From the NCBI GenBank assembly GCA_022705945.1, contig JAKJDL010000006.1, positions 13,196 through 77,195 of the forward strand: a stretch of DNA of 64,000 bases. Reading direction: 5' to 3'. The notes under the pieces are model-generated. The model made no database searches and was not told where the DNA came from. It worked only from the letters and a program-made list of their open reading frames with translations. The DNA is from Candidatus Omnitrophota bacterium (GTDB taxonomy: Bacteria > Omnitrophota > Omnitrophia > Omnitrophales > Aquincolibacteriaceae). Below, in pieces: positions 35,119-45,381 of this stretch (the stretch's first letter is position 1; each line of letters begins with the position of its first letter). A program made the position numbers and the translations under genes.

Positions 35119-37158
35119 TCAGGATTTCTTCCTGTTTTTCAGCGCGCGGGTTTTACTCCCCGCGGCCGGCGATCCGGAATCCGGTTTCCGACCTGATTCA
35201 AGTCTCCTGATCTCATCCCGGTAGCGGGCGGCCTTATCAAATTCGAGGGCCCGAGCCGCGGCTTCCATGCGCTTCTTGAGAAAAGCGAGATGATCCTTTA
35301 TTTCGTATTCCTCCCCGGATTCATGCACCACATCCCGCACGAAATCTTCCGCCTTTTTCCGGCGCTCGATGCCTTCGCGGATCTCCTTGATAATGCTTTG
35401 GGGAGTGACCCCGTGCGTCCGGTTGTAATCTTCCTGAATCTTTCGGCGGCGGGCGGTTTCATCGATCGCCCGATTCATGGAATCGGTCACTCTGTCCGCA
35501 TACATGATGACCCGGCCGTTCACATGCCTTGCCGCGCGGCCCGCGATCTGGATCAGCGATACATCGCTTCTCAGGAAGCCTTCCTTGTCCGCGTCCAGGA
35601 CAACGACAAGCGACACCTCGGGAAGGTCCAGCCCCTCCCTCAACAGGTTCACGCCGACAATACAGTCGTATTTTTTTAGTCTCAGATCGCGCAGGATCTC
35701 CACCCGTTCAAATGCGTCAAATTCGGAATGAATGTAACTCACCCTGATCCCCAGCTCCCTGAGATACCGGCTGAGATCCTCCGCCATTTTCTTGGTAAGC
35801 GTCGTCACCAGTGTTCTTTCTCCTTTTCCCGCCCGGCTCCTGATCTCTCCGATCAGATCATCAATTTGTCCCTCGGTACGGCGGACCTCGATCCCGGGAT
35901 CCATGAGCCCGGTAGGACGGATCAACTGCTCGACGATCTCTCCGCGCACCCGTTCCATCTCATACGGCCCGGGAGTGGCTGAAACATAGAGGCATTGCTT
36001 CACCCTGGATTCAAATTCCGGAAATTTGAGCGGCCGGTTGTCAAGCGCCGAGGGGAGCCGGAATCCGTGTTCCACCAGCACTTTTTTGCGCGAAGCATCC
36101 CCGTTATACATACCGCGGATCTGCGGAATGCTCTGGTGCGATTCATCAATAATGACAAGAAAATCCCCGTCAGAAGGAAAATAATCGATCAGGGAATAGG
36201 GCGCGGAACCGGGGGCACGGCCGGAAAGATGCCGGGAATAATTCTCGACCCCGCCGCAATACCCGACTTCTTTCAGCATCTCAAGGTCATAGAGCGTCCT
36301 CGATTCCAGACGCTTTGCTTCAATATCCTTGCCCTCCGCCGTCAGTTTTTTTATCTGTTCCTTCATTTCCTGTTCGATAGAAACGAACGCGTTTTCCAGC
36401 CTCTCGGAGGAAGTTACAAAATGTTTGGCGGGATAAACCGCCAGCCTGTCAATCTCCCGAACCGGTATAAGCTTGACGGGGTCCAGAAGCGATATTCCTT
36501 CGACAAGCCCGGAGCCGAGAGTAATCCGGCAGGGGTTTTCTCCATAGGAAGGAAAAAGATCGATCCTTCCCCCGCGCACCCTGAAAGTCCCGCGTTTCAG
36601 CTCGGTCTCGACCCTCTCATATTGAAGCTTGATCAAATTCAGAAGAAGTCCCTCCCGGTCAACGGCACCCCCCTTCTCGACGGTCACAAGAAGTCCCTGC
36701 CAGTCCTCGGGAGAACCCAAACCGTAAATACAGGAAACACTTGAGACAATAATGCAGTCCCTGCGGGAAAGAAGCGAGCTGGTCGCCGAAAGCCTCAGGC
36801 GGTCGAGGTCGTCATTGATCGAGGCGTCTTTTTCGATATAAGTATCCGTCCGCGGGATGTAGGCCTCGGGCTGGTAATAATCATAATAGGAAACAAAATA
36901 TTCAACGGCGTTCCCGGGGAAGAACTCTTTGAGTTCGGAATAAAGCTGCGCCGCCAGCGTCTTGTTGTGTGAGATCACAAGCGTCGGTTTGCCGAGCAGC
37001 GCGATTACATTCGCCATCGTAAAGGTTTTTCCGGAACCCGTGACACCCATCAGCACCTGTTCGCGCTTCCCTGAACGGAACCCTTCGACTAGTTTTCGGA
37101 TCGCCTCGGGCTGATCCCCTTTGGGCTGCATGGATGAAACAAGCTTGAAGTCGCTCAT
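35119..37158 (-). CDS. uvrB: excinuclease ABC subunit B
   Basis: 679 aa. GVTGSGKTF Walker A, beta-hairpin region YYDYYQPEAY, helicase motifs, C-terminal UVR domain. Confidence 0.93.
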   Translation of the reverse strand: MSDFKLVSSMQPKGDQPEAIRKLVEGFRSGKREQVLMGVTGSGKTFTMANVIALLGKPTLVISHNKTLAAQLYSELKEFFPGNAVEYFVSYYDYYQPEAYIPRTDTYIEKDASINDDLDRLRLSATSSLLSRRDCIIVSSVSCIYGLGSPEDWQGLLVTVEKGGAVDREGLLLNLIKLQYERVETELKRGTFRVRGGRIDLFPSYGENPCRITLGSGLVEGISLLDPVKLIPVREIDRLAVYPAKHFVTSSERLENAFVSIEQEMKEQIKKLTAEGKDIEAKRLESRTLYDLEMLKEVGYCGGVENYSRHLSGRAPGSAPYSLIDYFPSDGDFLVIIDESHQSIPQIRGMYNGDASRKKVLVEHGFRLPSALDNRPLKFPEFESRVKQCLYVSATPGPYEMERVRGEIVEQLIRPTGLMDPGIEVRRTEGQIDDLIGEIRSRAGKGERTLVTTLTKKMAEDLSRYLRELGIRVSYIHSEFDAFERVEILRDLRLKKYDCIVGVNLLREGLDLPEVSLVVVLDADKEGFLRSDVSLIQIAGRAARHVNGRVIMYADRVTDSMNRAIDETARRRKIQEDYNRTHGVTPQSIIKEIREGIERRKKAEDFVRDVVHESGEEYEIKDHLAFLKKRMEAAARALEFDKAARYRDEIRRLESGRKPDSGSPAAGSKTRALKNRKKS

Positions 37159-37215
37159 GATCCCTTGATTATAGCACCGGGGGCCTCAAAAAAATCCGAT
37201 GGTCTTTTCGCCGGT

Positions 37216-38085
37216 CTACAAACCCCGGGAATATTCGGGCCGCAACCGGACATTCCCGCCCAGAGCCGCTTCAAGCCTTGCCAAAAGGGCTGATTTGTCC
37301 CTGGGGAAAATCCCCTCCAGAGCCAAATAATTGGACGCGTGATCTGAACGGAAGACAGTACGTTTTAACTCCAGACCTCGGACGATCTCACAAGCTTCCC
37401 GCAGAAGCTCTTCGGCGTTGAGCTCCCTGAAATCCCCCCGGCGCACCTCTGAGGATAACGGAGTCCCGGGGATCACCATAAGCGATAAAAAGGAAAGGTA
37501 ACGCGGCTGCATCAGATTCAAAGCTTCGATCGTGCCCCGGACATGCTCTCCGGAATGTTTTTTACCTCCGAGACCGAGAAGCACGATCACCGAGGACCTG
37601 ATACGCGCTTTCTCCGCACGGCGCACGGCCTCGATCATCTGCCGGACACCGGAAGATTTTGTGCACCGGTCCAGAATAGACTGACTGCCGCTTTCAAGCC
37701 CCATATAGATCAAGGTAAGTTTGTGAGAGGAGAGTTCCGCGAGTTCGGCATCGCTTTTACGCATGATGTTTGTCCCGTTCGCGTAGCTTGAGATACGGGA
37801 AAGTTTCGGGAAGCATTCATTGAGCTTGCGGAGAACGGGGACAAGCTTACTGTTCGACAAGACCAGGGCATCCCCGTCCATCAGAAAAACGCGTCTAGTC
37901 TCCGGATACTGCGATGAAAATCTTTCGATGTCCCCGAAGACCTCGTCCCGGTCCTTGATTCGAAAACTCTTTGTTTTGTAGGCACCGCAGAAAGAGCAGT
38001 GGTTCTCCGAACATCCGAGGGTCAGCTGAAGAAGAAAACTTCCCGCCTCCGAAGGAGGTCTGATCACCGGTTCAATAATGCCCAT
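37216..38085 (-). CDS. radical SAM domain protein
   Basis: CSENHCSFCG cysteine triad near the N-terminus. GG-rich SAM-binding stretch (VFLMDGDAL), TIM-barrel-sized. Confidence 0.7.
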   Translation of the reverse strand: MGIIEPVIRPPSEAGSFLLQLTLGCSENHCSFCGAYKTKSFRIKDRDEVFGDIERFSSQYPETRRVFLMDGDALVLSNSKLVPVLRKLNECFPKLSRISSYANGTNIMRKSDAELAELSSHKLTLIYMGLESGSQSILDRCTKSSGVRQMIEAVRRAEKARIRSSVIVLLGLGGKKHSGEHVRGTIEALNLMQPRYLSFLSLMVIPGTPLSSEVRRGDFRELNAEELLREACEIVRGLELKRTVFRSDHASNYLALEGIFPRDKSALLARLEAALGGNVRLRPEYSRGL

Positions 38086-38128
38086 CCGCGGCCCCTTCTT
38101 TTCCGGAAGGATTTTTTAAAAAAAAGTT

Positions 38129-38668
38129 TTAACGGCGTTTTTTCTTTGAAGATTTCCCGGTTTTCTTTTTGCTTTCGGAAGGTTTTACGGGGGGTAATGT
38201 CTCGATCCGGGTCCCTTCTTTCATCACGGTCTTCAAACGCTCGGGATTCAATACCCGGCTCGGCTTCGCCGGATCCTGCTGGCGGTGTCCGGCTTTCCGG
38301 ATCGCAAAGCATTCGGGGCAGTAAACCGGGCGGTTGCCGCTCGGCTGAAAAGGAACTTTGCACCCCTTGCAGCAGTCCGCGCATACCGCCTCATAGAGGA
38401 TCTTTTCCCGGGCAGCATTCCCTGTCCGGGACAGCGTCTCATTTTGAGGCGGCCTTTGGTCCGCAGAAGGCGCAAGAGACCGGTCAGCCCGGGAGATAAC
38501 CGTCCTGAGATCGGTAACCTGGGCAAGAGTCCGGTCGGTCTTTTTTTCGAGACTTTCAAGACGCTCGACAAGTTTAAGCATGGCAGTCACAAGATCCGGC
38601 ATCCGGTCATCTGGCGCTGTTTTTCTCGGGGAGCCTTTTGTGTTTTTTTTCCTGGCGCGCTTTTTCAT
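38129..38668 (-). CDS. Lys-rich zinc-ribbon protein (hypothetical)
   Basis: CADCCKGCKV ... CPECF paired-Cys motifs with K-rich termini. The opposite-strand ORF 38285..38725 is R-rich and antisense-like. Confidence 0.45.
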   Translation of the reverse strand: MKKRARKKNTKGSPRKTAPDDRMPDLVTAMLKLVERLESLEKKTDRTLAQVTDLRTVISRADRSLAPSADQRPPQNETLSRTGNAAREKILYEAVCADCCKGCKVPFQPSGNRPVYCPECFAIRKAGHRQQDPAKPSRVLNPERLKTVMKEGTRIETLPPVKPSESKKKTGKSSKKKRR

Positions 38669-38707
38669 GTTTCTCCTTTGAATCTATCGCTGGGGCCTGA
38701 GGCCGGT

Positions 38708-39607
38708 TCAATCGACAAGCAGTGAAAAATCAACGGCTTTGACGGAATGAGTGAGGGAGCCTACCGAAATGGTATCCACGCCCGCCGCCGCGAACCGGCG
38801 AACATTATCGATGGTGATGCCTCCGGATGCTTCCACGATCACTCCCGGCGCCTCCTTCCGGACGATCTTCACGGCCCGTTTCGCCGCCTTGGGATTAAAA
38901 TTATCCAAAAGGATCACCTTGGGCTTAAAACCGATCGCTTCCCACAATTCCCCCAGGCTCCGGACTTCAATTTCAAAATTCCCCGGGCGAAGCCTGAGTT
39001 TTCTGAGGTCTCCGTGAACGCGATGGTTTTCCTTGATAAAAATAAACTCATCAAGCCCTTGGCGGTGATTGCGGGCCCCTCCGACCTGAACGGCCAGTTT
39101 TTCCAGCTCTCTCCAGACGGGCATGGTTTTCCGGGTATCGAGGATCAGGGCGGGATATTTTTTTACTTTATCGACAAAGGCGCGGGTCTTGGTCGCAATA
39201 CCGGAAAGATGGCCGATGAAGTTCACCATGGTCCTTTCAACTTTCAGGATCGACCGGATATTGCCGTGCATTTTAAAAACCGTCTGCCCGCGCCGGATCC
39301 TGTGCCCGTTACAGACGCAGAATTCCAGTTTCACCCGGGGATCGGCTATCCGGAAAAGTTCCCGCACAAGCCTTTGCCCGCAAAAGATCCCCTTTTCTTT
39401 CGCGATCACTCGCGCGGTTCCCCGAGCACGCAGCGGGATCAGAAGATTCGAGGTCACATCCCCCGCTCCGATATCTTCCTTGAGGGCCTCCCTCAGAAAC
39501 CTGATCGTCTTTCCGGAAACCGGCAGGAGGTGTCCGTGACTGCCTCGGGGGCCCCTAGAGACCGGCGAGCTGTTCTTGGTAGGATATGAGAATTTTTTTC
39601 GCATCAT
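38708..39607 (-). CDS. nadC: nicotinate-nucleotide pyrophosphorylase (quinolinate phosphoribosyltransferase)
   Basis: LREALKEDIGAGDVTS N-terminal motif, TRKTMPVWRELEKLAVQVGGARNHR, LDNFNP, ASGGIT. Annotated start gives a ~25-aa non-conserved extension overlapping valS. True start may be internal. Confidence 0.8.
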   Translation of the reverse strand: MMRKKFSYPTKNSSPVSRGPRGSHGHLLPVSGKTIRFLREALKEDIGAGDVTSNLLIPLRARGTARVIAKEKGIFCGQRLVRELFRIADPRVKLEFCVCNGHRIRRGQTVFKMHGNIRSILKVERTMVNFIGHLSGIATKTRAFVDKVKKYPALILDTRKTMPVWRELEKLAVQVGGARNHRQGLDEFIFIKENHRVHGDLRKLRLRPGNFEIEVRSLGELWEAIGFKPKVILLDNFNPKAAKRAVKIVRKEAPGVIVEASGGITIDNVRRFAAAGVDTISVGSLTHSVKAVDFSLLVD

Positions 39608-42428
39608 TCAATTTTTCCTTTTCCTTTTCAAGGATCTCCGCGGGGGCCCGGGAAGCAAAAGAGGGGTTATCCAGTTTTTTACGGATCCCCTGGATCCAGA
39701 TCTCCGTTTCCGCGATCTTCTTTTGAACGCGCTTCTTTTCCTCGGCCAGATCCAGTATCCCGCCGACCAGGATGTAAACATCGAAATCCGCAAAAGAGCT
39801 TGCGACCATCGCGCCCTGTTTTTTGAACTGCGATACGCATTCGAGCGATTCGAGGCGGGCGAGCGATTTGACCTCGCGCTCAAAACAGCGCAGGATCTCA
39901 AGAGCCGCTTTTTCCTTGCATGCGATCACCGCTTTCAGTTTGTTCGCCGGCGCGATTTGAAACCTCGCCCGGAGATCCCGGATCCCTCTCACCGCGTCCT
40001 GGAGGAACGAAACGGCCCGCTGAGCTCCGGGGTCCCGGAACTTTTCCGCCCCCTCGTCGTGAGGCCATGCGGCCAGCATAATACTTTCCGGCCACGAAAC
40101 CCCGTCGGCCGCCTTCTCCTTGAATTTGTGCCAAACCTCTTCGGTAACAAAAGGCATGAAGGGGTGGAGAAGACGGAGGATCCGTTCACAAACGAAAAAG
40201 AGGACCTTCCGGGTTTGAAGTTTCAATGCCTCATCCCTGCCCTGGATCATGGTCTTTGCCAATTCGATATACCAGTCGCAAAAATCATCCCACACGAAAT
40301 GATAGAGTTCGCTCGTCGCCTGTGCGAGGCCGAACTGGGAGAGATGTCGTTCGATCTCGGCGGTCTTCTCTTCAAGCCTCGAAAGGATCCACCGGCTCGG
40401 AAGAGAGAGCTCCATGCCCTTGAACTGCTCCGGATCAACCGATCCTTCTTTAAAATCTTCCAATGAGCGAAGCACGAACCGGCAGGCGTTCCAGACCTTG
40501 TTCGTGAAATTACGGCCGACTTCGAATTTCTCGCGCGACAGATAGACATCCTGCGCCGAAAGCATGATCATGCTGTAGCGGAGCGCGTCGGCGCCCATCT
40601 CATTGATCACCTCCAACGGGTCGATCGAATTGCCGAGGGATTTCGACATCTTGAGTCCGCTTGCCGCGCGGACCGTCCCGTGAATGTTGATGCGAGTGAA
40701 CGGAACTTCTCCCATGAATTCGAGCCCGGCCATGATCATGCGGGCGACCCAGAAAAAAATGATCTCGGGAGCGGTAATGAGGTCGGAGGTCGGATAGAAC
40801 TTTTTAAGATCCCCGGTGTTCTCGGGCCAGCCAAGCGTGGAAAACGGCCAAAGCCAGCTTGAGAACCAGGTGTCCAATACGTCCGGATCCTGTTTAAGAT
40901 CCGTACTGCCGCAGGCCGGACATTGGGAAGGTTCCTCACGCGCGACAATAATCCCGTCGCCGCCCGGAACCCGGCCGTCAGGCTTTCCCCGGAATGACCC
41001 GGGGCTTGTTTTGGTTTTGGCGGGATGCGAGTCCCCGGACACGAGACCCGCGGCCTGGCATTGGGTACAGTGCCAGGCCGGTATTTGATGCCCCCACCAG
41101 ATCTGCCGCGAGATGCACCAGTCGCGGATTCCCTTGAGCCAATTCGTATAAACTTTCGTCCAGCGGTCGGGATAAAAAACGGTTTTGCCTTCCTCGTGCG
41201 CTTTAAGCGCTTTTTCCGCAAGGGGCTGCATTTTGACGAACCATTGCTTTGAAAGATACGGTTCGACCACCGTGTCGCACCGGTAACAGTGTCCCACCGC
41301 ATGCAGATGGGAATCGCGGCGCAGAAACAGTCCTTTCTCCTCCAGGTCCCGGAGAATTTTCTTTCTCGCCTCAAAACGGTCCATACCTGCGTAGCTTCCG
41401 GCCCGCTCATTCATTTTTCCGTCCGGCGTCATCACATTGATCTGTTCGAGTCCGTGCCGGTGCCCCATCTGAAAATCGTTCGGGTCATGCGCGGGAGTCA
41501 CTTTCACGATTCCGGTCCCGAACTCGGGATCCACAAACTCATCCGCGATCACGGGTATCTCGCGGTCCATCAGGGGCAGAAGAACGTTTTTCCCGATCAG
41601 ATCTCTATACCGGGCATCACCGGGATGCACCGCGACCGCGGTATCCCCAAGCATTGTTTCGGGACGCGTGGTTGCGACCACAATGTGATCCGCCCCCATT
41701 TTTTCATAGGGCGCGGTCTTCCCGGCGATCGGATAAATAATGTGATAGAGGCCTCCCTGAACGTCCTTGTGCGCGGCTTCTTCGTCCGAGAGCGCAGTCT
41801 GGCAGCGCGGGCACCAGTTAATAATGTAATTGCCGCGGTAGATAAGTCCGCGTTCATAGAGGGTCACAAATGCCTCACGCACGGCTCTGGAAAGGCCTTC
41901 GTCCATCGTGAAGCGCTCCCGTGTCCAGTCACAGGAAGCTCCGAGCCGGCGAAGCTGGCGCGTGATCGTGTCGCCGTGTTCGTTTTTCCATCTCCAGACT
42001 TCTTCCAGAAACTTTTCACGGCCGAGGTCCCACCGCGTTTTATTTTCCTTCGCGAGTTTTTTTTCGACGACATTTTGAGTCGCGATCCCGGCATGATCGA
42101 CGCCCGGCACCCACAAGGCATCCTTGCCTTTCATGCGGTTCCAGCGGATCAGGATATCCTGGATGGTGTTATTGAGCGCATGCCCCATGTGAAGGATGCC
42201 GGTCACATTCGGCGGAGGGATAACGATGACATACGGACACTCCGGGCCCGGGACCCGGCCGTCAGGTTCCCGTTGGGAGGATTTGTCCTCTTTTTTTCCG
42301 AGGGACGAGGGACCAGTCCCCGGTCCCCATTTTCCGTCGCTTTTGGGACGGAAAAACCCCTTCGATTCCCAAAGGGAATACCACTTCTGCTCGACTTCCT
42401 TGGAGTTGTATTGTTTGTCTAAATCCAT
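39555..42428 (-). CDS. valS: valyl-tRNA synthetase
   Basis: 957 aa. HIGH (PNVTGILHMGHA), KMSKS (GLKMSKSLGN), editing domain, C-terminal coiled coil. Two lineage-specific insertions. Confidence 0.93.
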   Translation of the reverse strand: MDLDKQYNSKEVEQKWYSLWESKGFFRPKSDGKWGPGTGPSSLGKKEDKSSQREPDGRVPGPECPYVIVIPPPNVTGILHMGHALNNTIQDILIRWNRMKGKDALWVPGVDHAGIATQNVVEKKLAKENKTRWDLGREKFLEEVWRWKNEHGDTITRQLRRLGASCDWTRERFTMDEGLSRAVREAFVTLYERGLIYRGNYIINWCPRCQTALSDEEAAHKDVQGGLYHIIYPIAGKTAPYEKMGADHIVVATTRPETMLGDTAVAVHPGDARYRDLIGKNVLLPLMDREIPVIADEFVDPEFGTGIVKVTPAHDPNDFQMGHRHGLEQINVMTPDGKMNERAGSYAGMDRFEARKKILRDLEEKGLFLRRDSHLHAVGHCYRCDTVVEPYLSKQWFVKMQPLAEKALKAHEEGKTVFYPDRWTKVYTNWLKGIRDWCISRQIWWGHQIPAWHCTQCQAAGLVSGDSHPAKTKTSPGSFRGKPDGRVPGGDGIIVAREEPSQCPACGSTDLKQDPDVLDTWFSSWLWPFSTLGWPENTGDLKKFYPTSDLITAPEIIFFWVARMIMAGLEFMGEVPFTRINIHGTVRAASGLKMSKSLGNSIDPLEVINEMGADALRYSMIMLSAQDVYLSREKFEVGRNFTNKVWNACRFVLRSLEDFKEGSVDPEQFKGMELSLPSRWILSRLEEKTAEIERHLSQFGLAQATSELYHFVWDDFCDWYIELAKTMIQGRDEALKLQTRKVLFFVCERILRLLHPFMPFVTEEVWHKFKEKAADGVSWPESIMLAAWPHDEGAEKFRDPGAQRAVSFLQDAVRGIRDLRARFQIAPANKLKAVIACKEKAALEILRCFEREVKSLARLESLECVSQFKKQGAMVASSFADFDVYILVGGILDLAEEKKRVQKKIAETEIWIQGIRKKLDNPSFASRAPAEILEKEKEKLNDAKKILISYQEQLAGL

Positions 42429-42496
42429 ATCAAGATCGGGACTCGCGGCCGGCTCCCGGAAACTTGCCCGGCGCCCTGTTTTTCGGGTCCCGGCTT

Positions 42497-44059
42497 TTAT
42501 CCTTTATGCAGTTTGTACTCGATCGCCTCGACAAGCGCCTTCCAGCTGGCTTCGATGATATTTTCGTGGACACCGACCGTTGTCCATACCTTCTTCTTAT
42601 CCTGGAACTCGATAAAAACACGGACCTTCGCGGCGGTTCCGGCCTCGGAATTCACAACTCGGACCTTGTAATCCGTAAGGCGGATCTCGTTGATAAGCGG
42701 ATAGGTTTTGACGAGGGCTTTCCGGAGGGCCGAATCAAGGGCGTTCACAGGACCGTCCCCTTCCGCGGACTCGAAATACTTCATGTCTTTTGTGATTATT
42801 TTAACGTCCGCGATCGAACGGGGCCTGCCGGCACCGATCTCCTCGGTGCGCACGGAAACAGCTTCGGTTTTGAAAAAAGACTTAAACTTGCCAAGCAGTT
42901 TTTGGACCATTAGCTCAAAGCTCGCCTCGGCCGCTTCGAACTGGTATCCCTCATGCTCAAGACGCTGGATCTCCGCCAGAATCTTCTTGGCCTCCGGCGA
43001 ATCCTTCTGGAACTTCATCTCAAGTTCCTGAGCCTTGATCATGATATTGGTTTTCCCTCCGAGTTCTGAAACAAGATAGCGGCGGTAATTTCCGACACTT
43101 TCGGGTCTAACATGCTCGTAGGTCTTCGCGTTCTTCACCATGGCGTTAATATGGACGCCTCCCTTATGAGCAAACGCGGATCGCCCCGTGAACGGCTGAT
43201 TGTTCATGGGCGGGAGATTGCATACATCGGCGACATAATGCGAAAGGGAGGTGAGTTCTTTCAGCCTTGCCTGTGAAAAACAGCGGTATCCCATTTTGAT
43301 CTGGAGGTTAGGGATGATGCTCGTAAGGTTCGCGTTCCCGCACCGCTCGCCAAAACCGTTCACCGTGCCCTGCACAAGCCTGCATCCTTCCCCGACAGCT
43401 TGTATGGAATTAGCGACCGCAAGTTCGGAATCGTTGTGGCAATGGATACCGAGCGGCGTTTTAACCGCCCGTTTTACTCTCAAAATCGCGTGACGGATCT
43501 TGTGCGGAAGGGTTCCCCCGTTCGTATCGCAAAGCGTCAGGTTGTCCGCGCCGGCCCGGGCTGCCTGTTGCAAGGTTTTGATCGCGTATTCGGGGTTCGC
43601 CTTGAAGCCGTCAAAAAAATGCTCGGCGTCATAAATCACTTCAATCTTCTGGTCCTTGAGGTAAGCGACCGTCTCGTAGATCATGAGAAGGTTCTCTTTA
43701 AGAGATGTCCTGAAAACTTCGGTCACATGCATGTTCCAGGATTTACCGAAAACCGTTACGACCTTTGTTCCCGCATCAAGAAGGGATTTGATCTGGGCAT
43801 CCTCTTTCACTTTTACATGAGCGCGGCGCGTGGAACCGAACGCCGCCACCTTGGAACGTTTCAAGCCGGCTTTTTTGACCGCGAGAAAGAACTCCATATC
43901 TTTCGGGTTCGATCCCGGCCATCCGCCCTCGATATAGTGAATGCCGAACTGGTCAAGCCGCTTCGCGATCAGGATCTTGTCGCGGCTGGACAGACTGATG
44001 CCCTCAGCCTGGGAGCCGTCCCTTAACGTGGTGTCATAAAAAAGAATTTTTTTATTCAC
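42497..44059 (-). CDS. citramalate synthase / 2-isopropylmalate synthase family (LeuA/CimA), GTG start
   Basis: FYDTTLRDGSQAEG, HCHND, C-terminal LeuA-dimer regulatory domain. N-terminus resembles CimA-type enzymes. Confidence 0.85.
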   Translation of the reverse strand: MNKKILFYDTTLRDGSQAEGISLSSRDKILIAKRLDQFGIHYIEGGWPGSNPKDMEFFLAVKKAGLKRSKVAAFGSTRRAHVKVKEDAQIKSLLDAGTKVVTVFGKSWNMHVTEVFRTSLKENLLMIYETVAYLKDQKIEVIYDAEHFFDGFKANPEYAIKTLQQAARAGADNLTLCDTNGGTLPHKIRHAILRVKRAVKTPLGIHCHNDSELAVANSIQAVGEGCRLVQGTVNGFGERCGNANLTSIIPNLQIKMGYRCFSQARLKELTSLSHYVADVCNLPPMNNQPFTGRSAFAHKGGVHINAMVKNAKTYEHVRPESVGNYRRYLVSELGGKTNIMIKAQELEMKFQKDSPEAKKILAEIQRLEHEGYQFEAAEASFELMVQKLLGKFKSFFKTEAVSVRTEEIGAGRPRSIADVKIITKDMKYFESAEGDGPVNALDSALRKALVKTYPLINEIRLTDYKVRVVNSEAGTAAKVRVFIEFQDKKKVWTTVGVHENIIEASWKALVEAIEYKLHKG

Positions 44060-45273
44060 TTCTTTCCGAGTCCGAACGCTTTATGGATCGCCTTCGCGGC
44101 GAGTTTGCCCTTGTCGCCCGCGACCACAACCGATATCTTGATCTCTGAAGTGGAGATCATTTCGATGTTGATCCTGTGCTTGGCCAGGACCGAGAACATC
44201 TTGGACGCGATGCCGGAATGCGAACGCATGCCGATCCCGACGATCGAAACCTTCGCGATATTGCTGTCGCTCGTGATCTCGCCCACACCGAGTTTTTTGG
44301 CGTTCGTTTTAACGACTTTCAGCGCTTTCTGGAGCTCATTCTTAAAAACGGTAAACGAAATATCCGTCGAATGCGTCCTGGTCTTGTTCTGAATGATCAT
44401 GTCCACATTCACATTGGCATCCGCAAGGATCTGGAACACCTTCGCCGCGACCCCCGGCCGGTCCGCAACGCGGAATAACGTGATCTTAGCTTCATCCTCT
44501 GCAAGGGCAACGCCGCTGACAACGACTTCTTCCATTTTCTTGTTCTCCTTTGTAATAAGAGTTCCTTTGATCTCCTTACGGGAATTGCACACCCAGATCG
44601 GCATGTTGAACTTTTTCGCAACCTCGATCGAGCGCGAATGCATGACCTTCGCTCCGAGCGACGCAAGTTCCAGGATTTCATCGTAGGTCGCGACGTCTAT
44701 TTTTTTCGCTTCCGGAATCACGCGCGGATCGGCCGTATAAATCCCGTCCACGTCCGTATAGATCTCGCAGTGCTTTGCCTTGAGGGCCACCGCGAGCGCC
44801 ACGGCCGTAAGATCGGAACCGCCGCGGCCAAGCGTTGTGATCTCCCCTTCCGGGGTCTGACCCTGGAATCCGGCGACAATGACAATCTTCCCTGCCGCGA
44901 GGGCCTTCTGAATCCTCCTGGGACTGATGTTCTGGATGCGGGCCTTGCTGTGGAAGGTATCGGTCGTGATCCCGACCTGGGGTCCCGTGAAAGAAACCGC
45001 CTCGTGGCCGAGTTTATGGATCGCCATCGCGAGAATAGAGATCGAAACCTGCTCCCCCGTCGCAAGCAGCATATCCATCTCGCGCCCTTCGGGATCCTTA
45101 TTGATCTGGTCCGCAAGCGTGATAAGGTCATCCGTCATATCTCCCATCGCGGAAACGACCACGACGACCTTATTGCCCTTTTTTTTCGTCTTGACGATCC
45201 GCTCGGCAACACGCATGACCTTCTCCGCGTTCGCAACAGAGGAACCCCCGTATTTTTGAACAATCAGTGACAT
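44056..45273 (-). CDS. lysC: aspartate kinase (monofunctional, two ACT domains)
   Basis: VQKYGGSSV, VVVVSAMGDMTD, two C-terminal ACT repeats. Confidence 0.9.
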   Translation of the reverse strand: MSLIVQKYGGSSVANAEKVMRVAERIVKTKKKGNKVVVVVSAMGDMTDDLITLADQINKDPEGREMDMLLATGEQVSISILAMAIHKLGHEAVSFTGPQVGITTDTFHSKARIQNISPRRIQKALAAGKIVIVAGFQGQTPEGEITTLGRGGSDLTAVALAVALKAKHCEIYTDVDGIYTADPRVIPEAKKIDVATYDEILELASLGAKVMHSRSIEVAKKFNMPIWVCNSRKEIKGTLITKENKKMEEVVVSGVALAEDEAKITLFRVADRPGVAAKVFQILADANVNVDMIIQNKTRTHSTDISFTVFKNELQKALKVVKTNAKKLGVGEITSDSNIAKVSIVGIGMRSHSGIASKMFSVLAKHRINIEMISTSEIKISVVVAGDKGKLAAKAIHKAFGLGKK

Positions 45274-45381
45274 CTTAAAAACCTCCTGAAAAATGATTTC
45301 TTTCGGAATTGTTAGATGAGGACGTTGGACGACGGATGGAGCAAGTTCTTGAACACCATCCTCCTTCCCCCATCCGCTATT

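Noticed and set aside
38285-39589. Plus-strand ORFs 38285..38725 and 38747..39589
   Set aside because: Antisense to the zinc-ribbon gene and nadC respectively. Arg-rich.
39576-42422. Plus-strand ORFs 39576..40466 and 41289..42422 (377 aa)
   Set aside because: Antisense to valS, which has unambiguous HIGH/KMSKS motifs.
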